From Chiloscyllium plagiosum (Eukaryota): DNA of 20,000 bases. The notes beneath the pieces are model-generated. The model had not been told where the DNA came from. It searched no databases and saw only the letters and a program-made list of their open reading frames with translations. This document shows, in pieces, positions 1-9,996 of the stretch; the first letter of the stretch is position 1; each line of letters opens with the position of its first letter. A program made the position numbers and the translations under genes. The stretch spans positions 77,389,465 through 77,409,464 of the forward strand of contig NC_057711.1 of assembly GCF_004010195.1 (NCBI RefSeq), given 5' to 3'.

Positions 1-845
1 AACTTACTAGCAATATTATACTAAAAACATTAAATAGTCTATTACATAATTAAGATGATCAAATCAACATACACTCAAAGCAATAAATACATCTTGGTGC
101 TATAATCCCATGAAAATCATCATATAACATGTTCTTAGTTGGATTTGCCCTGGTATGTTTAGGGTTTTTTCTTACCTAATTGTATCAAGTCTCTGAAGGT
201 GCAAACACATAAATGTCAGCAAATATCATGAACCTGCAGTAAATTTAACCAAATATATATTGATTACAGTATAAATTTAACCTGCAATTACACATCAGTA
301 AATATTATTTGAATTGCCCATGCACTTCAGATGTCAAGATTTTGATCATTTTGAACTCTCTGATGTGCCAATACCTACACTAGAATTTCAGAGTTGTCCA
401 GTAATAATAAATCAATTGATAATTTCTGTCTTGTGCTTTATAAGTACTGAATTTGTTAAATATTATCTGGTTGCAAAGACCTAGTTCAATGTTTAAGATA
501 ATGAGTTAGGAGTTTTGTTTTAGCAGTATATTTGTAAATTTGCTATTTGTATCAGAAGTGCTTCTTACATTTAGAGTGATCAAGGTTGGAAAAGAATGTG
601 AATGGTATTTCAAAAATAGAAAATTGACTGGAGAAGCTTGAGTAAATAAGGAAGGAGGATCGAAATAATAAGACAGAAAAGTCACTTCTAAAAATTAATA
701 TACTTTAATATGTTAAGTAAGAATAGTAGCACAGGAATTGACTGTGGAAGACAGATCCTGCAGGATGTGGAATTCCTGAGTTGCCAATACTCAATTTGGC
801 AAACAACTGAAGAACATGTCTCCAACTGAGATACAAGCTGAAGAT

Positions 846-957
846 GGGGCTCTTATGGTGCCATGGTAATGTCCCTACCTCTGGACTAAATGTGTGCATT
901 CAAGTCGCATTCGCTCCAGAGATGCATGATAACATCTCTGAAAAGGTTGATAAAAAA
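846..957 (+). mobile_element. Degenerate tRNA-derived SINE remnant
   Basis: GGGGCTCTTATGGTGCCATGGTAATGTCCCTACCTCTGG contains an A-box-like TGGTGCCATGG. About 35 nt downstream, GCATTCAAGTCGC is a decayed B box (GGTTCAAGTCCC). The segment ends in an A-rich tract (GGTTGATAAAAAA). Confidence 0.55.
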
Positions 958-1435
958 TTACATACAAGTTAAAAATGCTGGAAATACTAAGCCAGTTAAG
1001 AAGTATCTGTATCTAGAGAAACTTAATGATGGGCATGTATTTTCTGTTTGGGGTCTGGATCTCAATGATCCCTGAATTTCAGAGTCCCAACCGCACTTTC
1101 TTGCATTAGATGCCCAATGCAATTTTTATATGGGTGGTCAATTAGTTGTCAGGGAATGTACTGAAATCCAACTGAGTTAAGTCTCACAAGGTTGGCAAAA
1201 AAAATAGGATGCCTTGCAGCAAAAAAGCATAATTACCCCACCATCCAAAATGGGAGCTTCGTGAAAGACAATACCTGACAGCAGTCTGACGGCAAGGTTT
1301 ACAAAAAAAATTATGCTGTTATCACAGGGGACTTCCCCTTCACTGAAAGCCACTGTTGTGGCCACTAGCCTATTAGCCAAGCTTGGTGTAGGGGTACCAC
1401 AGCTAGTATGATGTCACCTTGCCCATATCCTATTC

Positions 1436-1980
1436 GAGTCATAGAGATATACAGTACAGAAACATTCCCTTTGGTCCAACTCGTCCATGCCAACTATACA
1501 TCCCAAATAAATCTCGTCCTATTTGTCAGCATAAGGCCCATAACCATCTAAACCCTTCCTACAGATACTCATACAGATGCCTTTTAAATGTTGTAATTTT
1601 TCCAGCCTCCACCCCTTCCTCTGGGCTCATTCCATACACACATCATCCTCTGGCAGCTCATTCCATACACACATCATCTGCCACACAGATCCTTTTCATA
1701 TCTTTCCCCTCTCACCCTAAACTTATGCCCTCTAAGTTTTGGACTCTGGTAAAAGACTTTGCCTATTTACCCTATTCATGCCTCTCATGACTTTATAAAC
1801 CACTATAAGGTTGGCCCTCAACCTCTGAGACTGCAGGGAAAACAGCCCCAGACTATTCAGCCTCTTCCTATAACTGAAAGCCCCCAACTTTGGCAATATC
1901 CTTGTGAATCTTTTCTGCACCCTTTCCAGATTCACAACGTCCTTCCTATAGCAAAGAGATCAGAATTGCATGCAGTATTT
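1436..1980 (-). mobile_element. CR1/HER1-type LINE, 3' end (ORF2 C-terminus, 3'UTR, tail)
   Basis: The minus-strand ORF 1732-1935 reads LERVQKRFTRILPKL..FSYRKRLNSLGLFSL..RLRANLIVVYKVMRG, the typical CR1 ORF2 C-terminus. GAGTCATAGAG at 1436 is the reverse complement of a CTATGACT-type tail. It is colinear with the CR1 copy at 14017-15153. Confidence 0.93.
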
Positions 1981-2226
1981 TAATGGTTCATGTGGAAACT
2001 TTGTAACGAGTTAAGCAAATCAAGGTTTGGTTTGTCAACATATCTGAGATGAATGGCCAGCCTCCTCGATGAATGTCAATGTGACAGCACAGTCTGTCTT
2101 CAGAAAAATCAGTAATGGCCAAGACTGAGAGAGAATTTGACAAGGTCAACACTGGGAGGCAACTCCCTGGGGCCGTGGAATCTAGTGAGTGTGTATGTAC
2201 GCACGTGGTGGGGAGGGTGGAGGGGG

Positions 2227-2298
2227 AACCAATGTCCTGTACAGTCGTAACATGACCTCCCAACTCCTATACTCAATGCATTGACCAATAAAGACAAG
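2227..2298 (-). mobile_element. CR1 ORF2 fragment continuing the 1436-1980 copy
   Basis: The minus strand encodes FIGQCIEYRSWEVMLRLYRTLV, matching CISQGNECRNWKVMLQLYWTLV in the CR1 at 14307-14831. The nucleotides align with ~14586-14657. Confidence 0.88.
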
Positions 2299-2305
2299 AT
2301 GGCGG
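2295..2305 (+). promoter_or_regulatory. YY1-type binding motif at the L1 5' end (internal promoter)
   Basis: CAAGATGGCGG matches the YY1 consensus (AAGATGGCG). It lies ~165 nt upstream of the ORF1 ATG, at the element's 5' end, where mammalian L1s carry CAAGATGGCC. Confidence 0.65.
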
Positions 2306-2460
2306 CGACCCGGCAAGTCTGAGTCTATAGTGCTCCTCCCAAGACTTGGGCAAAGTGGGCCACCTGCCTCCACCACACTTACCAAATCATTTAAAATAGT
2401 TTTTACTTAATGTAATTAGTTGCTCAGTACTAAATTTAAACAGTATAGTCTCCTGTAACA

Positions 2461-3317
2461 ATGACAAAAGGGAAAGGAGCCCTCAGTTCTCAGCAGGCAG
2501 GAACCCCTCCCTCACCCTCCCCAGTTGCAACATAGGCGTCCGCAGCCATCCCAGGGGACTTACCTACGGCGGCGAACCTCGTGGAAATAATCTCCAAACT
2601 TGACGCAAAGATCGCACCTTCATCAATGAGTCCCGGAGCAGATGGAATTCACTCTCGGCCGCGCTACAAAAGTACAACCAATGCATCGAGGAAATTGAGC
2701 GCCGAGTCGGAGGGGAGGAGATAAAGGCCGCAACCTCTGAGACTGCAGCAGAATCAGTCATGGGTCGGGTCCGGACTCTCGAACAGCGAGTCCAGACCTT
2801 ATAAAATCACATCGACGACCTTGAGAATCGAGGTTGTCGAAAAAATATTTGTTTGCTGGGCCTTCGCGAACGGGAAGAGGAAAGCCAGCTTACAGTTTTC
2901 CTCGTGCAGTGGCTTCCACAGCTGTTAAATCTGGAGGCTGGATCAGGCCAGGTAAGGGTGGAATGGGCCTACCAGATTGCAATATGCGGGCCTGGCTCAA
3001 ACCAGCGCCCCCGCCTGGTCCTGTTCCGGCTGCAGAACTACAAGGAGAGGCAGATACTCTTAGAAGCTTCCAGAAATCTTGGGAAAGATCCCCAAGCCAT
3101 GATTTATAAAGGATCCAAGATCATGTTATTTTAGGACTTTTCCCCAGCTTTGGTCTGAAAGAGGAAGGCATTTGATGAAGCGAAGAAGCGTTTAAGGGAC
3201 TTAAACATTCAGTACTCCTTGTGCTACCCAGCGACGCTACACTTTAGCCATGAAGGGTCTGTGTACAACGTCGGATCGCCGGAGAAGGCCAAAGAATTTT
3301 TGGACTCTCTTAGATAA
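2461..3317 (+). pseudogene. L1 ORF1p (Transposase_22-like coiled-coil/RRM/CTD), disrupted
   Basis: ATG at 2461. Motifs IDDLENR, LLGLRE..E, RPRLVLFRLQNYKERQILL, YKGSKIMLF*DFSPAL, YSLCYPATL and SPEKAKEFLDSLR* (TAA 3315-3317). In-frame stops and at least one frameshift. Confidence 0.9.
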
Positions 3318-4029
3318 ATTGTAAGAGTTAATTTGAGTGGTGAATGATGTTGTTTTGCCCTCCCCCCACCCCAGTTTACCCCCTTTTTTTTCCCTTTCAT
3401 TACCTTACTGTTTAATATTATCCTCGGAGGGTGGGGAGAGAGGTTTATTTATTTGTTCTTCACTTAGTGATTTTTCTGCCCCCTTTTTTTTGTGTATATA
3501 TAGGCCGGGGGGTCTAGACAATGTAGGTGGGGGGAGATGGTTACCTTATCTTATTTTATCTGTCTTTAGGAGCGGGGTTGTTTTCCCACTGTTATTTTGT
3601 ATTACTATCTTTAATTATTATTTGTTGAGACTGTAATTTTATAGTTATATATGTTCATATATGGTATTAACATTACCAAGTATATCCAGATGTTGGTGTG
3701 GATGGGGGGGGTAGGGTTGGGTAGGGTATTAACTGCTAACTCTAGCTCTGTAGTATATTTGAATTTTCTTTATCCTATCGTGGGGTGCCTGGGTCAAGGG
3801 TGGGGCACTGGTTGGGAGAGGATATGATGAGCTTTTGGAAAGGAAGTGATGCCCCCGGGAACAAGGTGGAAAATCTCCATTTAAATACTTTTTTTTAGAA
3901 TAGTTTTTTATTATATTGATGTGAGTGTATTAAAGAGCCTTTATTTTTGTGAATTTTATATGCTCTATGCTCGGGATGTTTTGGATAGGGTTTGTTTTCC
4001 TGAGGGGTCTCAGACTTGCCCGGACGATT

Positions 4030-6860
4030 ATGGTTAATCAGTCGATTAAGTGGTGCACCTGGAATATCAAGGGGAGTAATTCATCAATCAAAAGGAAGAA
4101 AATATTATCAAACCTCAAGAAAGAAAGGGTTGATATAGCTCTCCTACATGAGACACACTTATTGGATAAAGAACACTTGAAATTATGACAGGGTGGATTT
4201 GATCAGGACTTTTTTTCTTCCTTCAGCTCAAAAAGTAGGGGAGTTGTTATTCTTATTCGGAAGAATCTCCCTTTCAAAATCCTAAATCAGATAAAAGACG
4301 AATCTGGACGATATATTCTGATTAAAGCCCTTATAAATGGAGAGGAATATGGGATCTTAAATCTGTATTACCCCCCGGCACATCCTTTTAAATTTATAAC
4401 GGAAGCCTTCTCAAAATTGATGGCTCTTGGTTCTCGTCATACAATTATAGGGGGAGATTTTAATTGTATTATGGATCCGGAATTCGATAGGATTCCCAAG
4501 GTACTGCAGGAGTATCCCCCAGATCCAGACAATTGGTGGATTTGAACACAGAATTAGGATTAATGGAGTTGCCTTCACCCAGAGGGCAGAGATTTTTCTT
4601 TTTACTCCAATCCACATAAATGTCACACCAGAATCAATATGTTTTTTTGCCCCCTCAATTTTTTTTAATTCCATATCATCCTGTAAAATAGGTAGTATAA
4701 CAATTTCTGATCGTGCTGCTGTATATATGGAAATCAAGGCGAGGAACAATGAGACATCCGCCCGACATTGGCGTATGGATTCCTTCCTGACAAAAGATAG
4801 TAAATTTATCAAGTACTTCTCTCAAGAATTTAAAACATTTTTGGTAATTAATTCAGGTACGGCTAGCAACCCATCAATGATGTGGGAGACCATCAAAGCT
4901 TACGCATGAGGTTTGATTATTTCATACTCAGCGACCCAGAAAAAAATAAAGGGAGAACAACAGCGTCTGCTCAAAGCTCGCTTAAAAGCGGCTGAAACAG
5001 CATATGCTGACAGACCTTCTATTGTCAAATTACAAAGAATTACGGCCCTTAGGACAGCTCTGAAGACCACGCTTACCCAAACGGCTAAGAGGGAAATATT
5101 ATTTGCAAAACAAAAGTTATATGAATTTGGCAATAAACCTGGTGGATACTTAGCATTTCTCGCAAAGAAAAAGAAGGCCTCTCAAACTATCACATCTATC
5201 AAGGAAAGTGCGGGTACTCTGACTCATGATCATAAATGGATTAATGCAATCTTTAGAAAATTTTACTCTGATTTATATAAATTGCAGGATTACGAAGATA
5301 GAACTAGGAGGATGCAGTCATTTTTTAAAAACTTGACCTTTCCGGACCTAACCCCAGAACAGGTATCGGTCCTGAATGTTCCCCTAACAAGCCAAGAAAT
5401 ACTTGATGCAATCAGGCAACTTCAGAGCATTAAGGCACCTGGCCCAGATGGCTTTCAAGCTGAATTCTATAAAGAATTTACAGGAATATTGGCTGGTCCA
5501 CTTACGGACATGTATAACTACTCATACTGTCAGGGCTGTCTCCCGCCTTCACTGAAAGAGGTGACTATCTCTCTTATTCTCAAAAAAGAAAAGGACCCGG
5601 AAGATTGCGTGTCATACAGACCAATATCCTTACTAAATGTAGATTTTAAAATCCTTTCTAAAACGTTAGCATTGAGGCTAGAAAGCATATTGCCATACAT
5701 CATAAATGAGGATCAGGCAGGGTTTATTAAGGGTCGTAGATCATCCAATAATGTTAGAAGGGTTTTGAATGTGATTCAAGCCTGCCATCAGGGAAAGATA
5801 CCAGGAGTAGTAGTCTCATTAGATGCGGAATAGGCATTCGACAGGGTTGAATGGTCATATCTGTTTTATACATTGGAAAGGTTTGGCATTGGAAAGGTGT
5901 TTACCAAATGGGTAATGATCCCAAAGCAGTTGTGATTACCAATGGATTAGCTTCAGTGTGGGTAGGGGCTGCCGTCAGGGATGTCCGCTCTCACCATTGC
6001 TATTTACGCTAATAATTGAGCCACTAGCAGAAGCTATATGGGCTGACCCTAATATAATGGCCCCGAGGATTGGTATAGGTAAACATAAAATTACCCTTTA
6101 TGCAGATGATTTCTCAGTAATCCCCTAATGTCCGTGCCTCGCTTAATCCAAGTATTAATATATTTAGTGCATTTTCAGGCTATAAAATTAATTTTTCAAA
6201 ATCGGAGGCTATGCCAATGGGCAGCCTTGCTAGCATATCCCACCTATTGGATGGATCCCACTTTCCCTTTCGGTGGACCCTGGAGGGTTTTTTATATTCA
6301 GGCATTTTTATCACCCCGGTATTTGGCCAGCTATACAAGGCTAACTTTGTGCATTTACTGGAGAGGATAAGGCAGGACCTCCAGCGATGGGGAGACCTTC
6401 CAATTTCCTGGTTAGACAGAATAGCACTAATTAAAATGAATGTCCTGCCCCGTCTCCTATACCCTATGAGAATGCTTCCGGTGATGCTGCCGAGGTTGGC
6501 ACTATGCAGATTGTATGGCTGGCTGGGTTCCTTCATCTGGAACCATAGACGGCCCCTCATTAAGCTGAAGAAGCTACAGCTTCCACAGGCAAGGCGAGGA
6601 CTGGAATTTCCAGATTCTAGGAAATATCAGTTAAATTCCCTATTAAGCTACATAGCCGATTGGATCTTGTCTGACCCGCAATCAATCTGGCTGGACATTG
6701 AGGCTTCTCAAGTAAAATGCCCACTTATTAACCTCTTATTTTCAGACAAGAGGAAAATCATCACAGATCACTGTAAAAACCCTATAATACTAAATACAAT
6801 TAAAGGTTGGAATATAATGCGGCAAAATGAGGGCAATTCATATAAAACATCCCCCTATAA
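4030..6860 (+). pseudogene. L1 ORF2p (APE endonuclease + reverse transcriptase), disrupted and 3'-truncated
   Basis: Endonuclease motifs: TWNIKG, IALLHETH, SRGVVILI, GGDFN, ISD. RT motifs: KAPGPDGF..EFYK, YRPISLLNVDFKIL, DQAGFIKGR, SLDAE*AFD, GCRQGCPLSPLLF, and LYADD at ~6097-6110. The post-RT motif RIALIKMNVLPRLLY is present. The reading frame is broken across ORFs 3949, 4727, 4913 and 6211. Confidence 0.95.
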
Positions 6861-7250
6861 GTGAAATGACTTGGAGAAATTGGTCAGTGAGAGAGCAAAT
6901 GCAGTCAAGTAGTGCAGGATTGTGGTCAATGGAAACTGAGTGGACCTCTAACCAGGAAAAGAGCAAGAGCCCCCAGATCATTCTGGTGGAAGATGAAGGT
7001 ATAGAACATGGTTACTTTCAGGAACTATGTAGTGTGAAGGAGAGCATATCAGAAGAGTCACCACTGGGAAGATGGACAGAGCAGGAACGGGCTGAAAAGA
7101 TAAGGGAGTTGTGTTTCAGAATCTTCGCCAGAAGGTAAAATCAAGTTTTTTCTGGTGTTATGGATGGACTTACAGATTTTAAAATAAATCTATCTCCCTA
7201 TTCTTACTGCCTGTCCATAAGTGATTTAACTTTTTCCTTTTCTTAAACAG

Positions 7251-8345
7251 TGGTGGCAAATTTTCTTCAATCCTTCAGTTTGTGGGCTCTGACTTTGTAA
7301 AGACTGCATCAACATTATTGTAAAGATAAAGCAGTAGTAGAGTTAATTTCACACTCTAGGTTGCAGGGGGTTGGACATGTGCAATATCGGCATGCTGATG
7401 AACATGCTGAATTGAAAATGATAATTATTCAACTATCAATAACTTGGGAACAAAGCAAATGAGGAAAACCAATTTATCAATACCCTTACTTTTGAGATGG
7501 AGTCTAATTTTGTACAAAGATTGAGTTAGAAATCTGGAATTCCTTTGTGAAGATTGTCGATTGACTAGCCAACATTTCAGAACTTGTCGACATTTTCTAA
7601 CCTTTAAAATTTCTTAGAAGGTCTTCTTCTGGAATTTTTGCAATTGTATTGTTATCATTTCTGGAATTTTGATTATATTGAAACTAGAGGCCGATAGATG
7701 TAGGTTATTGTTGTTGAGGTTGTTATAAAGAGCAGGAAGTCTTTTCTAAATGGTTACCAGTTCCAAGAAGACATGTGACTGCCACCAACATCTTGGGAGA
7801 ACACCTGGAGTGTTAATGGAACAAAATCATTTTAACTTCTGTGTTTACGATGCAGCATAAACATGTTAAGTCATTACTTTTGTTGTAAGTTCATTTCAGT
7901 AAACAACAGAGTTTCAGGAGAGAATAGTAAAGACTTGAGTTTTGCTTTGCCTCCTGGCAGATTTTAATTCAGTTTAGTTCAGACAAAACCAGTCACTGCA
8001 GCCTTTCTACTTTATGAAGTTTTTAAGCAAAGAGAGCTTGTGATAGAATTAAGTCATTAGAATTGAAAAACTTAGGTCATAATAACACTGAAAGGTTCAT
8101 GCCATCAGATCTGGAGAGGATTCATAAAATTGTCTCTACAGCTTAAAACAAGAAACTTGAAGGGGTTAGTTAAGTAGAAATTTATGGAGTTGACACTGGA
8201 GTATAATTTCTGTAGATCCAAATTTCTGCAGTGGACGGTGGAATTTTGTATTAGTAATTGAGTTAATATCTTTCATATCTAATATATGGTTGGTTTGTTG
8301 CTTTTGTTTCTTTTGTGTAATAAATTTGTGCTTTGATGCACAAGA
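7251..8345 (+). other. Candidate terminal exon (short coding tail + 3'UTR) of an unidentified host gene
   Basis: Strong acceptor TTTAAC-TTTTTCCTTTTCTTAAACAG (AG at 7249-7250). All three frames stop within 75 nt. About 1.1 kb of AT-rich sequence with no repeat I recognise follows, then a U-rich tract and AATAAA at 8319-8324. The peptide is not recognised. Confidence 0.4.
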
Positions 8346-9776
8346 ACTCTGAAGCCTTAACTGAATATATTTCAGTGTCCGTAGACCACATAAACTAACT
8401 AAACAAAACATATGATAAATCAAGCCAGATTTGATTTTGGTGCCTGATTTTTCAAGTGGTACTATCAGCCAAGACTAGAACAAATCTTGCTGACATAAGA
8501 CTTCATTGAATTTAAGAGGGATTTGAGGCTTTTTTAAAAAAAGAAACATATGCAGAATTACTGGACATAAAACATGAGTGTTATGGTGAAGTTTGTTGCA
8601 TGGATTGGATTGTCAAAATGGTTTTGAATATTACGAAGACTTTTCTGGGAGTAGGATATCCTAGGATCCTCTGGGAAGCCAGGGAGGAGATTCCTGAGCC
8701 TTTGACATTAATCTTTAAATGTCATTGTCTACAGGAATAGTGCCAGAAAACTAGAGGATAGCAAATGTAGTTCCCCTGTTCAAGAAGGGGGGTAGAGACA
8801 ATCCTGATTATAGACCAGTGAGCCTTACTTCAGTTGTTGGTAAAGTATTGGAAAAGGTTATAAGAGATAGGATTTATAATCATCTAGAGAAGAATAATTT
8901 GATTAGGGATAGTCAGCACAGTTTTGTGAACGGTAGGTCTCACCCTTATTGAGTTCTTTGAGAACGTGACCAAACAGGTAGATGAGAGTAAACCGGTTGA
9001 TGTGGTGTATATGGATTGTAGCAAGGCGTTCGATAGGCTATTGTACAAAATGCGGAGGAATGGGATTGTGGGAGATATAGCAGTTTGGATCAGTAATTGG
9101 CTTGCTGAAAGAAGACAGAGAGTGGTGGTTGATGGGAAATGTTCATCCTGGAGTCCAGTTACCAGTGGTGTATCGAAAGGGTCAGTGTCCACTGCTGTTC
9201 GTCATTTTTATAAACGACCTGTATGAGGGTGTAGAAGGGTGTGTTAGTAAATTTGCAGACGACACTAAGGTCGGTGGAGTTGTGGATAGTGACGAAGGGT
9301 GTTGCAGGTTACAGAGACATAGATAAGCTGCAGAGGTGGCAAATGGAGTTTAATGCGGACAAGTGTGAGGTGATTCACTTTGGTCGGAGTAACCGGAATG
9401 CAAAGTACTGGGTTAATGGTAAGATTCTTGGTAGTGTAGATGAGTAGAGACATCTCGGTGTCCTTAAAAGTTGCCACCCAGGTTGACAGGGTTGTTAAGA
9501 AGGCATACAGTGTTTTAGCTTTTATTAATAGACGGATTGAGTTCCGGAACCAGGAGGTTATGCTGCAGCTTTGCCTGGTATGGAGGGAAGATCTTATGAG
9601 GAAAGGCTCAGGGACTTGAGGTTGTTTTCATTAGAGAGAAGAAGGTTGAGAGGTGACTTAATAGAGACATATAAGATAATCAGAGGGTTAGATATGGTGG
9701 ACAGGGAGAGCCTTTTCCATGAGGGGCCATAGCTTTAAATTGAGGGATGATAGATATAGGACAGATGTCAGAGGTA

Positions 9777-9996
9777 AAAATGTGTTGCTGGAAAAGCGCA
9801 GCAGGTCAGGCAGCATCCAAGGAACAGGAGAATCGACGTTTCGGGCATAAGCCCTTCTTCACACTTCCTGAAGAAGGGCTTATGCCCGAAACGTCGATTC
9901 TCCTGTTCCTTGGATGCTGCCTGACCTGCTGCGCTTTTCCAGCAACACATTTTCAGCTCTGATCTCCAGCATCTGCAGTCCTCACTTTCTCCTCGA
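9777..9996 (+). mobile_element. Short Penelope-like (pLTR-derived) insertion with inverted arms, nested in CR1
   Basis: Exact 14-bp duplication AGATGTCAGAGGTA at 9763-9776 and 9997-10010. Perfect inverted arms at 9777-9861 and 9869-9953 around a 7-nt spacer, then a 43-nt unpaired tail (9954-9996). The insertion and duplication are directly visible; the Penelope assignment is inferred from the architecture and the hammerhead-like motif. Confidence 0.8.
9868..9895 (+). ncRNA. Minimal hammerhead-ribozyme-like core
   Basis: CTGAAGA-A-GGGC-TTAT-GCCC-GAAAC-GTC: a CUGANGA box, a 4-bp helix II with tetraloop, a GAAA box and a GUC triplet. Helix III is reduced to the palindrome ACGU and helix I is weak. 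Confidence 0.6.

Larger units (their letters stand above)
2222..6860 (+). mobile_element. L1-clade LINE, 5'-intact and 3'-truncated, inactivated
   Basis: The parts are in order: a 5' head with CAAGATGGCGG, an L1-type ORF1, a long inter-ORF region, then ORF2 with APE endonuclease and RT motifs. There are many stops and frameshifts. Homology stops at ~6860 with no C-terminal Cys domain, 3'UTR or poly(A). Confidence 0.93.

Noticed and set aside
968..1030. AAAAATGCTGGAAATACTAAGCCAGTTAAGAAGTATCTG resembling the Penelope-like arm
   Set aside because: Possibly a very old relative, but too short and degenerate, with no TSD or ribozyme core.
705..1075. ORFs 705-899 (-) and 890-1075 (+) as host exons
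   Set aside because: No recognisable protein; both overlap the SINE remnant at 846-957 and the + frames upstream contain stops.
1419..1983. + strand ORFs of 123 and 74 aa
   Set aside because: Antisense frames of the minus-strand CR1.
4913..5833. 306-aa ORF as an intact gene
   Set aside because: An internal piece of disrupted L1 ORF2, bounded by premature stops.
9777..9953. Hairpin as a pre-miRNA gene, terminator or CRISPR repeat
   Set aside because: The flanking TSD, the nesting in a CR1 and a sister copy at 12151 show it is a mobile insertion. There is no spacer array and the context is eukaryotic.
9747..9962. Near-identical peptides on both strands (MCCWKSAAGQ...)
   Set aside because: A by-product of the perfect inverted repeat, not a gene pair.
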